Shown: positions 47,332-58,624 of the stretch, in pieces
Position numbering within the stretch: position 1 is the stretch's first letter
Layout of the letters: each line of letters opens with the position of its first letter
Origin: an uncultured Actinomycetes bacterium
GTDB taxonomy: Bacteria; Actinomycetota; UBA4738; HRBIN12
Assembly: GCA_963775735.1 (NCBI GenBank)
Contig: CAVZKD010000007.1
Span: 1,799,088-1,863,087 of the forward strand
Length of the DNA: 64,000 bases
Direction: 5' to 3'
Made by a program: the position numbers and the translations under genes
The notes under the pieces: model-generated
The model's database searches: none
The model's input: only the letters and a program-made list of their open reading frames with translations
Told to the model about the DNA's origin: nothing

Positions 47332-50300
47332 CACGGGCGGTCGCGAGCAGGGCATCGGCCTCGGGCAGGTACCACCTCGCGTCGCACTCGACGAGCAGTT
47401 CGTACGCGCGTTCGAACGACGGCCGAGCGTCCTCGCGCACGAGCGGTTGAGCGCGACCGAGATCGAGGAGCGTCCGAGCGACCTCGACCTTCTTGCCGAG
47501 GGCCTCGAACCGTCCTGCCGCGTCGCGGAGCCCCGACACGGACTCGGTCGGATCCGGGTCGGCCAGACCGCGCATCGCGCTCGCGTACGCGACCGTCGCG
47601 GGTGAGACCTCGCCGGCGAACTCCATCCGAGTGGCCCGTGCCTCCTCGAGGCGCCCGGCTCGAACGAGCGCCCGTGACAGCTCGTACGACGCCTCGGCCG
47701 ACGTCGTATCCGTATGCGTCCGCCCGACCTCCCGGGCGCGTTCGAACCGGGCGATCGCCAGGTCGTCGCGTCCGCGGGCCGCATCGATCTGGCCCCCGAT
47801 GAGCTGGACCAGCGTCTCGCTCTGCGGCTCCCGGTTGTCCAGGAGGATGCCGTCGGCGCGGTCGAACAACGCCTGAGCCTCGGCCAGGTCCCCGCGCAGC
47901 AGCCGGATCCTCGCGAGGACGACCGTCCGCTGGCCGGTCAACGGTTCGTCTCGGACCGTCGTGGCGAGATCGAGCGCCTCCCGCTGGATCGCCTCCGCCT
48001 CGGCCAGGCGCCCCATCTCGAACAGGGCATCACCGAGCGTCCCGAGCAGCCATCCGAGGTTCTGTCGGGCGCCGGCTCGCCGAGCCACCTCGATCCCCTC
48101 GCGGACCACCTCCTCCGCCCGAGCGTAGTCCGACGTGTACTCCGAGAGACTGGCCGGGATGTTGTTGTACATCCTGGCGACGAGCTGGAACTCCCCCAGC
48201 TCCTTGGCGAGCCGGAAGCTCTCGAGGAGCATCCCCATGCCCTCGGCGAGCCGCCCGCGGTTCAGCAGGTCGAGCGCCAGGGTGTGCATCGCCTGCGCGT
48301 GGAGCGTCCGCTCGCCGAGGCGTTCGGCGACCGCCAGGCTCCGCCGCAGGAGCGGCTCGGCCTCGTCCAGGTTCCCGCGGCGCCAGTAGAACCAGCCGAG
48401 CGTATGCAGGGCGTCGGCGAGCTCTCGGTTGTCGCCGAGCGCCTCCAGCCGCCCGATCCCGCGCTTCGAGTGGAGCTCGACCTCCTCGTCCCTGCCGGCC
48501 GGGAACAGGGCCCAGCTCATCCGCGATTCCGCCCAGCCCGCACCCGCCTCGTCCCCGATCGCCTCGAACAGATCGAGCGCCTGCCGGCTCGCGGCCTCGA
48601 GCTCGACGATCGGCGCCGTCCCCCAGCTCGCGAGCACGTGCGCCCGCGCCACTTCGGCCTGCTCCCGCGTTGGAACGCCCGCCGGCTCGGCCAATCGGAG
48701 CGCCTCGCGGTACCAGTGGATCGCCGCGGACTGCTGCCACAACGTCGCCGCGCGGTCGCCCGCGGCCCGAGCCCATCGGTAGCCGTCGGACTCGAGATCG
48801 GCGCGAGGCATGCTCGGGTCGCCGAGCTCGTCGACGTACCGCAGCGCCTCGACGAGGTGGGTGGCCAGGAGCTCGGCGATCTCGGCGGCCCGATCGCCTG
48901 CGCGCTCGGCGGCCCAGCGCGCCACACCGGCGTGCTTCTCGGCGCGGAGCGACTTCGGCAGCGAGTCGTACGCCCCGTCACGGATCAGGTTGTGGCGGAA
49001 CGCGAACTCGTCCTCCCCCGAGAAGCTGGACGGCTCCTGCGGGACGACGAGCTCCTTCATGCGGAGCCGGCCCAACGCGTCGCGCACCTCCGCCGGGTCG
49101 TGACCCGAGAGCCGCGATACCGCCTGGGTCCAGAACACCCTCCCGATCACGGCCGCGTCCTGCAGGACCGCCTTCTCCTGTGGTGGGAGGCCGTCGAGCC
49201 GCGCGGCGATGAGTCCCTGGATCGATCGCGGCAGCTCGATCTCTTCGACGCGTTTGGCCACCTCCCACCCCGAGGCCTCCGTTGCGCGCAGGACCCCGTC
49301 CTCGATCAGGGCGCGGACGATCTCCTCCGTGTACAGCGGGTTCCCCTCGCTCCGCTCGACGATGAGCCGGCGGACGCCTTCGGTGATCGCACCGGGCAAC
49401 AGGTCCTCGATCATCGCGACCGCCTCGTCGTCGGTGAGCGGATCGAGGTAGATCGAGGCCGCATTGCGCTTGCCCCCGCCCCACATCGGTCGAACGTCGA
49501 ACAGCTCGGGTCGCGCCATCGTGAGCAGGAGGATCGGACCCTGGGCCCAGTCCGCCACGTGGTCGATGAAGTCGATCAATCCGTCGTCGGCCCAATGGAT
49601 GTCCTCGAGCACCAGGACGAGCGGATACCGCGCGGCCATCCGCTCGAGGAACCGTCGCCACGCCTCGAAGAGCTCCTCCCTGGCGAAGGGGCGGGACGTG
49701 TCACCGGCGACGAGCGCGCGGACCTGCGGCGCCACATCGTCGTCGCCGAACAGCTCCGTGACCGCGCGGTCGGCCTTGGCCGCAGCGACCTCCGCCGGGT
49801 CGTCCTCGAGGATCTCGCACTGCGCCTTGAACGCGTCGGCGAGCGCCGAATACGAGATGTTGCCGTACGCGAGACACCGCCCCGTGCGCCAGTAGACGAA
49901 GTCGGGACGGCCCTCGACGTGGTCCAGCAGCTCGTGGGTGAGGCGGGACTTGCCGACGCCGGCCGGTCCAACGATCGTGACGAGCGCGGGCCGCCCCTCG
50001 GACTCGACGCGGTGAAGGGTCTGCTTCAAAACAGCCAACTCCTCGTCACGCCCGATCAGCCGTGCCTCCAGACCCAAGGAGGCCCGCTCGCCGCGGCGAC
50101 GCGCCCTGACCCGCAGGGCGTCCCAGGCGGGCACCGACTCGGCCTTCCCTTTCAGCTCGAGCGGCCGGAGCTCGCGATAGTCGATCACCTCCTTCGTCGC
50201 GGCGTACACCGCCGGACCCACGACGACGTGACCGGGCTCCGCGGCGGTCTGCAGACGCGCCGCGGTGTTCACCGCGTCGCCGGTGAGCATCCGGTCGCGC

Positions 50301-50758
50301 GGTCCGCTCGCTCGCTCGAGGTCGACGAGCACCTCGCCCGCCTCGACCCCGATCCGCATGGCGAGCTGCGGCCGTCCCTCGGCCGCGAAACCTCGGTTCA
50401 GCTCGGAGAGCACGGCCTGCATCTCCAGGCCGGTTCGGACGGCTCGCTCGGGATCGTCCTCATGCGCCTTCGGGACGCCGAACACCGCCAGCACCGCGTC
50501 GCCCATGAACTTCTCCAGCAGACCTTCGTACCGCTCGACCGCCTCGGCCAGGCGATCGAACGCCCGCCCGACGACGGACTGCACCACCTCGGGGTCCTCG
50601 TGCTCGGCCAGCGTGGTCGAGCCCACGAGGTCGGCGAACAGCGCGGTCGCGAACTTCCGCTCCTTCCGACGCGCCTCAGCGGCCGCGAGGGGCGTTCCGC
50701 AGTTCAGACAGAACCGCGCGGGGTCCGGGTTCTCGGTCGTGCAGGCGGGACAACGCAT
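47324..50758 (-). CDS. Zn-ribbon / class III adenylate-guanylate cyclase / STAND AAA ATPase / TPR multidomain protein
   Basis: 1144 aa from ATG 50758 inside ORF 47324..51037. Reads MRCPACTTENPDPARFCLNCG; FADLVGST..FMGDAVLAVFG..TGDAVNTAARL; Walker A GPAGVGKS. The C-terminal half is a long TPR-like helical array. Confidence 0.85.
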   Translation of the reverse strand: MRCPACTTENPDPARFCLNCGTPLAAAEARRKERKFATALFADLVGSTTLAEHEDPEVVQSVVGRAFDRLAEAVERYEGLLEKFMGDAVLAVFGVPKAHEDDPERAVRTGLEMQAVLSELNRGFAAEGRPQLAMRIGVEAGEVLVDLERASGPRDRMLTGDAVNTAARLQTAAEPGHVVVGPAVYAATKEVIDYRELRPLELKGKAESVPAWDALRVRARRRGERASLGLEARLIGRDEELAVLKQTLHRVESEGRPALVTIVGPAGVGKSRLTHELLDHVEGRPDFVYWRTGRCLAYGNISYSALADAFKAQCEILEDDPAEVAAAKADRAVTELFGDDDVAPQVRALVAGDTSRPFAREELFEAWRRFLERMAARYPLVLVLEDIHWADDGLIDFIDHVADWAQGPILLLTMARPELFDVRPMWGGGKRNAASIYLDPLTDDEAVAMIEDLLPGAITEGVRRLIVERSEGNPLYTEEIVRALIEDGVLRATEASGWEVAKRVEEIELPRSIQGLIAARLDGLPPQEKAVLQDAAVIGRVFWTQAVSRLSGHDPAEVRDALGRLRMKELVVPQEPSSFSGEDEFAFRHNLIRDGAYDSLPKSLRAEKHAGVARWAAERAGDRAAEIAELLATHLVEALRYVDELGDPSMPRADLESDGYRWARAAGDRAATLWQQSAAIHWYREALRLAEPAGVPTREQAEVARAHVLASWGTAPIVELEAASRQALDLFEAIGDEAGAGWAESRMSWALFPAGRDEEVELHSKRGIGRLEALGDNRELADALHTLGWFYWRRGNLDEAEPLLRRSLAVAERLGERTLHAQAMHTLALDLLNRGRLAEGMGMLLESFRLAKELGEFQLVARMYNNIPASLSEYTSDYARAEEVVREGIEVARRAGARQNLGWLLGTLGDALFEMGRLAEAEAIQREALDLATTVRDEPLTGQRTVVLARIRLLRGDLAEAQALFDRADGILLDNREPQSETLVQLIGGQIDAARGRDDLAIARFERAREVGRTHTDTTSAEASYELSRALVRAGRLEEARATRMEFAGEVSPATVAYASAMRGLADPDPTESVSGLRDAAGRFEALGKKVEVARTLLDLGRAQPLVREDARPSFERAYELLVECDARWYLPEADALLATARAT

Positions 50759-50786
50759 GGCTCGGTACAGGGTAGGGCGTGCGAGG

Positions 50787-51515
50787 ATGCCCGGCGTGAC
50801 GACTCCGGGTCCGCTCGCGCTCGTCGGCGGCGCCGAGCTCATGCCCGGGAACGAGCCGGTCGACGAGTTGTTGGTGCGGGCCGCCGAGGGTGGGCCGGCG
50901 TTCGTGCTCGCGACCGCTGCGGCCCGGCAGGGCGCACCCAAGGCGGTGGCCAACGCCGTCCGTTGGTTCGCCGGGCTCGGGCTCAGCGTCGAGGAGCTGC
51001 CCGCGACGAAACGCTCACACGCGACGTCGGCGAGCAACGCGGCACGAGCGCGTGACGGCAGGTTCTTCTACCTCGTCGGGGGGGACCCGGGACTCGTCCC
51101 GAAGACGCTCGCGGGGACACCGCTGTGGGACGCGGTCGTCGATGCGTGGCGCGGCGGCGCGGCGCTCGCGGGATCGTCCGCCGGCGCGATGGCGCTCGGC
51201 GAGTGGACGCTCGTGCGCGAGCGCATGCCGGGCGACGATCGGCGGCGCTACCTGCCGGCGCTCGGCCTCTTCCCGAGGGTCGCCGTCCTCCCCCACTTCG
51301 AGACCTTCGGGCATCGATGGGTGGAGAGCGCCCTGGCGGCCGCGCCGAAGGGCGACGTCATCCTGCTCGGGGTCGACGAGCGGACGGGGGCCGTGTGGCG
51401 GGACGGTTCGTGGCAGGCGCTCGGCGCGGCCGGGGTGACGGTGATCGCGGGTGGCGAGGCGCGGCGATTCCAGACGGGCGCGACGATCAAGGGCCTTCCG
51501 CAGCCTGCCGCGTAG
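50787..51515 (+). CDS. Peptidase S51 / cyanophycinase-like type 1 glutamine amidotransferase-fold protein
   Basis: 242 aa from ATG 50787 with LALVGGAEL, YLVGGDP and AGSSAGAMALGE. Lies 28 bp from the divergent cyclase start. Confidence 0.65.
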   Translation: MPGVTTPGPLALVGGAELMPGNEPVDELLVRAAEGGPAFVLATAAARQGAPKAVANAVRWFAGLGLSVEELPATKRSHATSASNAARARDGRFFYLVGGDPGLVPKTLAGTPLWDAVVDAWRGGAALAGSSAGAMALGEWTLVRERMPGDDRRRYLPALGLFPRVAVLPHFETFGHRWVESALAAAPKGDVILLGVDERTGAVWRDGSWQALGAAGVTVIAGGEARRFQTGATIKGLPQPAA

Positions 51516-51519
51516 GGCC

Positions 51520-51756
51520 CTACTGGGACGTGTGCTTCACGATGCAGGTCAGGGTCCGCGTCAGACCCGGGATCTGCTGGATGTCGCTCAACATCGCCCC
51601 GAGGGCGTCCATGTCTGCGACCTCCGCGCGCGCGATCAGGTCGTACGGGCCGGTCACGGACTGTACGAGGCGGACGCCGCCCACCGAGCCGATCTCGTTC
51701 GTGACCTTCGATGCCGAGCCGGCATCGGTCTGGACCAGGATGTAGGCCCGCAGCAT
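51520..51756 (-). CDS. Stand-alone Lrp/AsnC ligand-binding (RAM) domain protein
   Basis: 78 aa, MLRAYILVQTDAGSASKVTNEIGSVGGVRLVQSVTGPYDLIARAEV. Preceded by GAGGAGAAAGAG. Confidence 0.7.
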   Translation of the reverse strand: MLRAYILVQTDAGSASKVTNEIGSVGGVRLVQSVTGPYDLIARAEVADMDALGAMLSDIQQIPGLTRTLTCIVKHTSQ

Positions 51757-51829
51757 CTCTTTCTCCTCTCGGCGCGTTGCCCATGGTGACGGCGGATGCC
51801 GGCCGATGCAACCCCATCGGGCCGCCCGG

Positions 51830-52813
51830 CTACCGCGGGAGGACCACCGGCGTCGAAGGCGCGCCCGACCGCGCCGCTTCGAGCGCCTCGTTCGCATCCT
51901 CGAGGGCGAACGCAGTGACGTCGGTCCGCAGCGGGATCTCCGCCGCGAGCGCCAGGAGCTCCGTGCCGTCGCGGCGCGTGAGGTTGGCGACCGATCGCAC
52001 GACGCGTTCGCGCCACAACAGCTCGTACGGGAACGAGGGGATGTCCGACATGTGGATCTCGGCGCATACGACGGTTCCGCCGGGCGCAACCGCCCGCAGC
52101 GCGAGCGGGACGAGCTCGCCCACCGCGGCGAACAGGATGGCGGCGTCGAGCGGCTCGGGCGGGAGGTCGGTGGAGCTCCCGGCCCACGCGCACCCGCGAT
52201 CGAGGGCCCGCCGCTGCGCCTCCCGATCGCCCGGGCGGGTGAACGCGAACACCCGTCGCCCCTCGTTGAGCGCGACCTGCGCCACCAGCCTGGCGGCGTT
52301 GCCGAACCCGTAGAGGCCGAGGCGCGCGGCGTCGCCGGTGAACCGGAGCGCTCGGAAGCCGATCAGGCCCGCGCACAGCAGCGGGGCGGTGCCGGCGGGA
52401 TCCGCACCGCTCGGCAGCGGCAGGCAGAACCGGGCGTCGGCCACGATCCGCTCCGCGTACCCGCCGTCGAGGTCGTAGCCCGTGAACCGGGCCTCGGCGC
52501 ACAGGTTCTCGCGGCCGCTCGAGCAGTAGACGCACCGCCCGCACGTCCACCCGAGCCACGGGATGCCGACCGTCGCACCGGGTTCGAGCCCCGACGTGTC
52601 GCCGCCCACCCGTACGATCGAGCCGACGACCTGGTGGCCCGGCACGAGCGGAAGCTTCGGCCGGTCGAGCTCGCCGTCCAGGATGTGCAGGTCCGTCCTG
52701 CAGACGGCGCACGCGAGGACGTCGACCAGCACCTCTCCCGGGCCGGGTTCCGGGTCGGGGAGCTCACGCAGTTCGAGCGCGCGCCCCGGCGCTTCGAGCA
52801 CCATCGCTCGCAC
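51830..52813 (-). CDS. Zinc-binding alcohol dehydrogenase family protein
   Basis: 327-aa ORF with [15 protein letters not shown], structural zinc CGRCVYC and GFGNAA. Confidence 0.85.
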   Translation of the reverse strand: MRAMVLEAPGRALELRELPDPEPGPGEVLVDVLACAVCRTDLHILDGELDRPKLPLVPGHQVVGSIVRVGGDTSGLEPGATVGIPWLGWTCGRCVYCSSGRENLCAEARFTGYDLDGGYAERIVADARFCLPLPSGADPAGTAPLLCAGLIGFRALRFTGDAARLGLYGFGNAARLVAQVALNEGRRVFAFTRPGDREAQRRALDRGCAWAGSSTDLPPEPLDAAILFAAVGELVPLALRAVAPGGTVVCAEIHMSDIPSFPYELLWRERVVRSVANLTRRDGTELLALAAEIPLRTDVTAFALEDANEALEAARSGAPSTPVVLPR

Positions 52814-52822
52814 GTGCCGACG

Positions 52823-53629
52823 TTACGCCGTGGCGATGCGCTCGACGACCGCTCGCTGCTCCGCATCGAACCACGGCGGCTCGCCCGCCTCCGCGTTCGA
52901 CACCGCGTGGTCCTCGCGCGAGGTGGCGGGGATCGTCACGTGGACGCGCGGGTCCGAGAGCGTCCACTTCAGCAGCGCCTGCGTCCAGGTCCGCACGCCG
53001 AGGGCTCGCAGCACGCCCTCGTCGGTCGGTGTCCGCCGGAGGAGCCCGCCCTCGGCGAACGGACGCATCGCGATCACGCCGATCCCCAGCTCCTCGGCGA
53101 GCGGCAGCACGACCTGCTCGCAGCGCCGCTCCAGTGGGTTGTACGGGACCTGGATCGACGCGATGCGCCCCGTCCGCATCACGGTCACGAGCTCCTCGAA
53201 CGCGTCCTGTCGATAGTGCGTCGCCCCGAGGAGCCCGATCCGGCCGGCGTCCCGCTCCCGCTCGAGCCAGTCCAGGTGCTCGCGCCACGCCAGCAGGTTG
53301 TGCACCTGCTCGATCTCGACGCGCCCGTCGAAGAACGACCGCTGCGCGTCGAGCTGCGCGCGCCCCTCCTCGACGGACCGCGACCAGATCTTCGTGGCCA
53401 CGACGACCTGGTCACGCGCGCCGGCGTCGGCGATCGCCCTGCCCAGCGCACCTTCCGCACGCCCGTACATCGGCGAGGTGTCGGCGAGTCGCGTTCCCGT
53501 CGCGAGCGCCCGACCTAGGACCGAGCGAACGAGGTCCTCGCGGCGCGGCGGCACGTCGAACACGTTCCAGGTGCCGAGTCCGATCACCGGCACACGCAGG
53601 CCGGTCGCGCCGAACGCCCGGAGCTCCAC
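52823..53629 (-). CDS. Aldo/keto reductase
   Basis: 268 aa from GTG 53629 inside ORF 52823..54634, with [15 protein letters not shown] and GATHY. Confidence 0.8.
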   Translation of the reverse strand: MELRAFGATGLRVPVIGLGTWNVFDVPPRREDLVRSVLGRALATGTRLADTSPMYGRAEGALGRAIADAGARDQVVVATKIWSRSVEEGRAQLDAQRSFFDGRVEIEQVHNLLAWREHLDWLERERDAGRIGLLGATHYRQDAFEELVTVMRTGRIASIQVPYNPLERRCEQVVLPLAEELGIGVIAMRPFAEGGLLRRTPTDEGVLRALGVRTWTQALLKWTLSDPRVHVTIPATSREDHAVSNAEAGEPPWFDAEQRAVVERIATA

Positions 53630-53643
53630 CCGCCCGCGGGCGC

Positions 53644-54525
53644 CTAGTCCTCGGTCGAACCGTCGTGCTCGCGGAGGAAGCGCTCGAGCTCCTCGGCGAG
53701 GTCCTCGCCGGTCGCAGCGGACAGGTGCTCCTCGTCCTGGAGGTCCTCGAAGCCCATGTGCTCCGCCGCCTCCTCGAGCCGCTTCACGTACACGGCGAGG
53801 TTGCCGTCCTCCTCGATCGCGTCGGTCACCTCGCGCTCGAACACCCGCGCGGCGAGCTCCATCTCGCCGGTGTCGACCTCGAGCCCGGTGAGGTCCCGGA
53901 TCGCCTCGAGGAGCGCGAGGGCGACCTTCGGGTTGCGCGACTGCGGCAGGTAGTGCGGAGCCGCCGCCCACAGCGACAGTGCCGGCACGCCGGCCTGCGC
54001 GGCCGCCGAGTTCAGCACGCCGACGATGCCGGTGGGTCCCTCGTAGCGGGCGGGCACGACGCCGGGCTTGGTCAGGCAGGCCGGGTCCTCGCTCGCGGCG
54101 TTCACCGGCGCCGGGCGCGTATGCGGAACGTCGGCGAGGAAGGATCCGAGCGTCACGACGAGCCCGACGTCCATGTCGGCGCATACCTGCAGGATCGCCT
54201 GCGTGTAGGTCCGCCAGTGCACGTTCGGCTCGACACCGAGGAAGACGATCACGTCGCGGTCGTTGATGCGGGCCGACGAGAACCGGTTCGCCGGCCATTC
54301 CACCCGTCGCGTGGTGCTCGACTCGAGCCGCACGGTCGGCCGGTTCACCTGGAAGTCGTAGAACTCCTCCGGGTCGATCTCGGCGAAGCGCCGGGCGCCC
54401 CATTGCGTCCGCAGCGCCCGGGCGGCCGTGGTCGCCGCTTCGCCCCCGTCGTTCCATCCGGTGAAGGCGCAGATCATCGCGGGACGCGTCAGCTCGGGTC
54501 GGGACCGGTAGGCGACGTGACTCAC
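53644..54525 (-). CDS. PAC2 (proteasome assembly chaperone 2-like) family protein
   Basis: 293 aa from GTG 54525 inside ORF 53644..56076, with [25 protein letters not shown] and GPTGIVGVL, plus an acidic tail. Confidence 0.8.
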   Translation of the reverse strand: MSHVAYRSRPELTRPAMICAFTGWNDGGEAATTAARALRTQWGARRFAEIDPEEFYDFQVNRPTVRLESSTTRRVEWPANRFSSARINDRDVIVFLGVEPNVHWRTYTQAILQVCADMDVGLVVTLGSFLADVPHTRPAPVNAASEDPACLTKPGVVPARYEGPTGIVGVLNSAAAQAGVPALSLWAAAPHYLPQSRNPKVALALLEAIRDLTGLEVDTGEMELAARVFEREVTDAIEEDGNLAVYVKRLEEAAEHMGFEDLQDEEHLSAATGEDLAEELERFLREHDGSTED

Positions 54526-54604
54526 CGCCACAGTCTGGTACCCGAACGGCGCCGGTGTCACCCCGGCCGACGAGGGCTTGCCCGGAGCGCCCACAGAGGG
54601 CACG

Positions 54605-56398
54605 ATGCACCACTCGCCGAGGAGAGGGGACCACCGATCATCGCCCGCACCGGCCTCCGCCGCTGGCTCCGCCGCATCGGCCTCGTGCCGCTCATCCTGC
54701 TCGTGGTGCCGCTCGCGCCGGCCGCGCTCGCGGAGACGGCCACGACGGAGATCTCGGTCTCGGCCCCGATCCTCGACCTCGGCGAGGGGGTCACGGTGTC
54801 GGGGACGGTGACGGAAGGACCCGGTTGCACGGCGCAGCGCGAGGTCATGCTCCAGTGGAGGGCCGCCGACGCGCCCGGGTTCACGACGGTCGCGACGGGG
54901 ACGACCGGCGGGGACGGAGCCTTCAGCTTCGAGCGGTCGCAGCCCAACACGGGCCGATATCGGGCGAGGCTCGCCGAGCAGGGCGACTGTCCCGCCTCGA
55001 CCTCCGACGAAGCCCTCGTGCGCGTCCGTGCGCAGGTCGTCGCCGAGATCACAGGCTCCACCGAGGCGGGCGCGTGTCCCGTCCTGTCGGCGTCGGTCCG
55101 TCCGGAGCGGCCCGGTCAGCAGGTCGAACTCCAGCGCCGGATCGACGGTGCCTGGAGCCTGATCGACCGCGTCACGCTCGACGACGCCTCGGACGCCCGG
55201 GCCCAGGCCTGCCTCACGTTCGACGACCTCGGGCCGGTGCGCCTGCGCGTCCGGTGGGTGGCGCAGGACACGCTGAACGAGACGAGCTCGTCGCCGGTGG
55301 TCGCCTTCCGGGTGACGAAGGCCGCGTGGATGCGGGCGATCGACAACGCGATCGGTTCGCGAAGCGTCTCCGTCGCGGTCGGCGAGGACGACCGGTTCCT
55401 CTACCGCCGGGCGGACGAGGCGCCGCGGACCCCGGCCTCGAACGAGAAGCTCCTGCTCTCGATGGTCCTGCTCGACGTCCTCGGTCCGTCGTACCGGATC
55501 CGGACGAGCGCCGCGGCGACGAAGGTGAGCGAGGACGGCGTCGTGAACGACCTGTGGATCCTCGGGCGAGGCGATCCCCGCATGAACGGACGCGCGCTCG
55601 CGGAGCTGGCGCGGCAGGTCGTGGACGCGGGCATCACGCGGGTGCGCGGCCGGGTGCTCGGCAGCACCGGGTACTTCCGGCACGATTGGGACGCCGTCGG
55701 CTGGGACGACGACGCCCGCGACTACGTCAACCTTCCGACCGCCCTGTCGTTCGAGGGCAACGATGCCTCCGCCCCGGAGCGCCGGGCGGCGGAGGTCCTG
55801 CACGGCCAAGCTCCGGCGGCTCGGGGTCGTGGTGCGCGGCGCACCGGGCGCGGGTTCGCCGCCGAACGGGCTCGAGGCCGTCGCGTCCGTCGGGTCGGAC
55901 CCGCTCCAGCAGCTGCTGACGAAGATGCTCCGGCCGTCGGACAACTTCATCGCCGAGACCCTGGGGAAGCGGCTCGGCGTCGAGACCCGCGGGCCGCCCG
56001 GCACGATCGCGAAGGGGGCGGCGGCGATCCAGGCGTGGACCGACGATCGGAACGCCGGGTTCACGCTGCACGACAACTCCGGTCTGTCCTATGCGAACCG
56101 CGTGACGGCGGAGGGGATCGTGCGGGCGCTGTGGGCGGCCGAGGACGAGCCCTGGGGTCCCGACCTTCGGCGGGCGCTGCCCACCGGCGGGCAGGGAACG
56201 CTGCGGCACCGGATGCGGAACGTCCAGTTCCGGGCGAAGACGGGAACGCTCACCGACGTGTCCGCCCTCTCGGGATGGGTGTTCCCCGACGACGCCCGGA
56301 CCTGGGTGGAGTTCTCGATCCTGTGTCGCGGGATGTCGAAGTCGGTGGCCTCCGACATCGAGGATCGGATCGTTCGGATCCTCGAGCGCGAGCTCTAG
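54605..56398 (+). pseudogene. dacB: D-alanyl-D-alanine carboxypeptidase/endopeptidase (PBP4 / S13 family) with N-terminal Ig-like domain; frame breaks near 54635 (start region, uncertain) and 55802
   Basis: Signal peptide [18 protein letters not shown]. Motifs: SxxK in [11 protein letters not shown] in RPSDNFIAE, and KTG in RAKTGTL. The second half is in ORF 55763..56398. Confidence 0.7.
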
Positions 56399-57138
56399 GG
56401 CTGCTCGTCGAGACCCAGCCCGGCCGCGCGCTCGATCTCCTTCGCGGCCTCGAGCACCGCCGGGACGTAGCGGCGGGCCGTGATCCTGCCCATCCGGGAG
56501 GCCGGCCCGGAGACCGACACGACGGCGACGAGGAGGTCGTACGGTCCGATGACCGGCGCGCTCACCGACCCGACGCCCGGCTGTCGCTCACCCGCGCTCG
56601 ACGCCCAACCGCGTGCCCGCGCGAGCTCCACCTCGTGCGCGAACCGCTCGGGGTCGTCCGCCTTGCGGATCAGCCGCTCGGGCCTGGTGGAGTGCGCGAG
56701 GAACAGCTTCGCGGCCGACCCCGCGGTGAGCGGGAGCGATGCCCCGAGCGGAACGATCGTCCGCAGCTCGTTCGGGGACTCCACCGCGTCGATGCAGACG
56801 CGGACGTCCCCCGAACGCACGAACAGCTGTGCGCTCTCACCCGTGACCCGGACGAGCCGCTCGAGGACCGGGTGCGCCAGATCGCGCAGCGGAAGCTCGC
56901 GCATCGCTTCCGACGCGAGCCGCAGGAGCCGCGGACCGAGGCGGTAGCCGAGACCCCCGTACCGCGCGAGGAAGCCGTGATCCTCGAGGGCCTTGATCAG
57001 GCGATGGGCGGTCGAGCGGCTGAGGCCCGTCCGCCGGACGATGGCGGTGAATCGATCGGCCCCCTCCTCCACGGCCTCGAGGACGCTGACGGCGCGATCG
57101 AGCACGGCGACGTCGGACGTCCGTTCGAGCATCGTCAC
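56395..57138 (-). CDS. IclR family transcriptional regulator (divergent from leuCD)
   Basis: 247-aa ORF. Winged [26 protein letters not shown] plus an IclR effector domain. Confidence 0.85.
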   Translation of the reverse strand: MTMLERTSDVAVLDRAVSVLEAVEEGADRFTAIVRRTGLSRSTAHRLIKALEDHGFLARYGGLGYRLGPRLLRLASEAMRELPLRDLAHPVLERLVRVTGESAQLFVRSGDVRVCIDAVESPNELRTIVPLGASLPLTAGSAAKLFLAHSTRPERLIRKADDPERFAHEVELARARGWASSAGERQPGVGSVSAPVIGPYDLLVAVVSVSGPASRMGRITARRYVPAVLEAAKEIERAAGLGLDEQP

Positions 57139-57174
57139 CTCCCTGCGTGCGGACCAAGTGGGCGCGTGCAGACT

Positions 57175-57213
57175 GTTCCATCATACGGAACTCAGTGCCG
57201 ACATGCGGAACTC
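57175..57213. promoter_or_regulatory. Candidate IclR operator(s) in the iclR-leuC intergenic region
   Basis: Inverted repeat GTTCC-atcatac-GGAAC (57175-57191) overlaps the first of two CGGAACTC direct repeats that start 20 bp apart (57186 and 57206). Confidence 0.3.
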
Positions 57214-57255
57214 GGGGTCGACAGCGCGACCCCCCTCCTGCACACTGGGACGACG

Positions 57256-58624
57256 ATGCGCACGCTCGCCGAGAAGGTCTGGGACCGGCACGTCGTCCAC
57301 GCCGGCGAAGGCGAGCCCGACCTGCTCTACGTCGACCTCCACCTCGTGCACGAGGTCACGAGCCCGCAGGCGTTCGACGGCCTCCGGATGGCGGGGCGTC
57401 ACGTTCGCCGACCGGACCTGACCGTGGCGACGATGGACCACAACGTCCCCACCGCCCCCGGCCCCGAGGACCCGGTGAGCGAGCGGCAGATGGAGGCGCT
57501 CGCACGCAACTGCGCCGAGTTCGGCATCCGGCTGTTCCCGACCGGCCACATCGGCCAGGGCATCGTGCACGTGATCGGGCCGCAGATGGGGCTCACGCAG
57601 CCGGGGCTGGTGATCGTGTGCGGCGACTCCCACACGAGCACGCACGGCGCGTTCGGCGCGCTCGCGATCGGCATCGGGACGAGCGAGGTCGAACACGTCC
57701 TCGCCACCCAGACGCTCCCGCAACGGCGCCCCGGCACCATGGCCATCACCGTCGATGGGGAGCTCTCGGCCGGCGTCGGCGCCCAAGGACGTGATCCTCG
57801 GCATCATCGCCACGATCGGGACCGGCGGGGGCATCGGCCGCGTCATCGAGTACCGGGGAAGCGTGATCCGCTCGCTCTCGATGGAGGGGCGGATGACCGT
57901 CTGCAACATGTCGATCGAGGCCGGCGCCCGAGCGGGCATGGTCGCCCCCGACGACACGACGTTCGCCTACCTCGAGGGACGGCCGCACGCTCCGAAGGGT
58001 TCGGCGTGGGAGGAAGCCGTCGAGGACTGGCGGTCGCTCCCCACCGATGAGGGAGCGACGTTCGAGCGCGAGGTGCGGATCGATGCGGACACGCTCCGGC
58101 CGCACGTCTCGTGGGGGACGAACCCGGCGCAGACGGTCACGATCGACGACGTGGTCCCCGAGCCGGCCGACGAGACGGCCGAGCGCGCGCTCGCCTACAT
58201 GGCGCTCTCGCCCGGGACGCCGATCCGCGAGATCCGCCCCGACACCGTGTTCATCGGCTCGTGCACGAACGCCCGCATCGAGGACCTGCGGGAGGCGGCC
58301 GCGGTCCTGGACGGACGGAACGTGCGGCCAGGGATGCGCGCGATGGTGGTGCCGGGCTCGATGCTCGTGAAGCAGCAGGCCGAGCGGGAGGGGCTCGACG
58401 TGGTGTTCGAGCGCGCGGGGTTCGAGTGGCGGGATGCCGGCTGTTCGATGTGCCTGGCGATGAATCCCGACAAGCTGGCGGCCGGAGAGCGGTGCGCATC
58501 GACTTCCAACCGCAACTTCGAGGGCCGGCAGGGAACCGGTGGCCGAACCCATCTCGTCTCTCCTGCCGTCGCGGCCGCGACCGCGGTCGCGGGGCACTTC
58601 GCGACCCCGCAGGACCTGAACTGA
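57256..58624 (+). pseudogene. leuC: 3-isopropylmalate dehydratase large subunit; one frame break near 57784
   Basis: [14 protein letters not shown]...[24 protein letters not shown]...ELSAGVGA, then [16 protein letters not shown]...[19 protein letters not shown] in ORF 57755..58624. The break is an extra C in gcgccc-aag. Confidence 0.9.
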
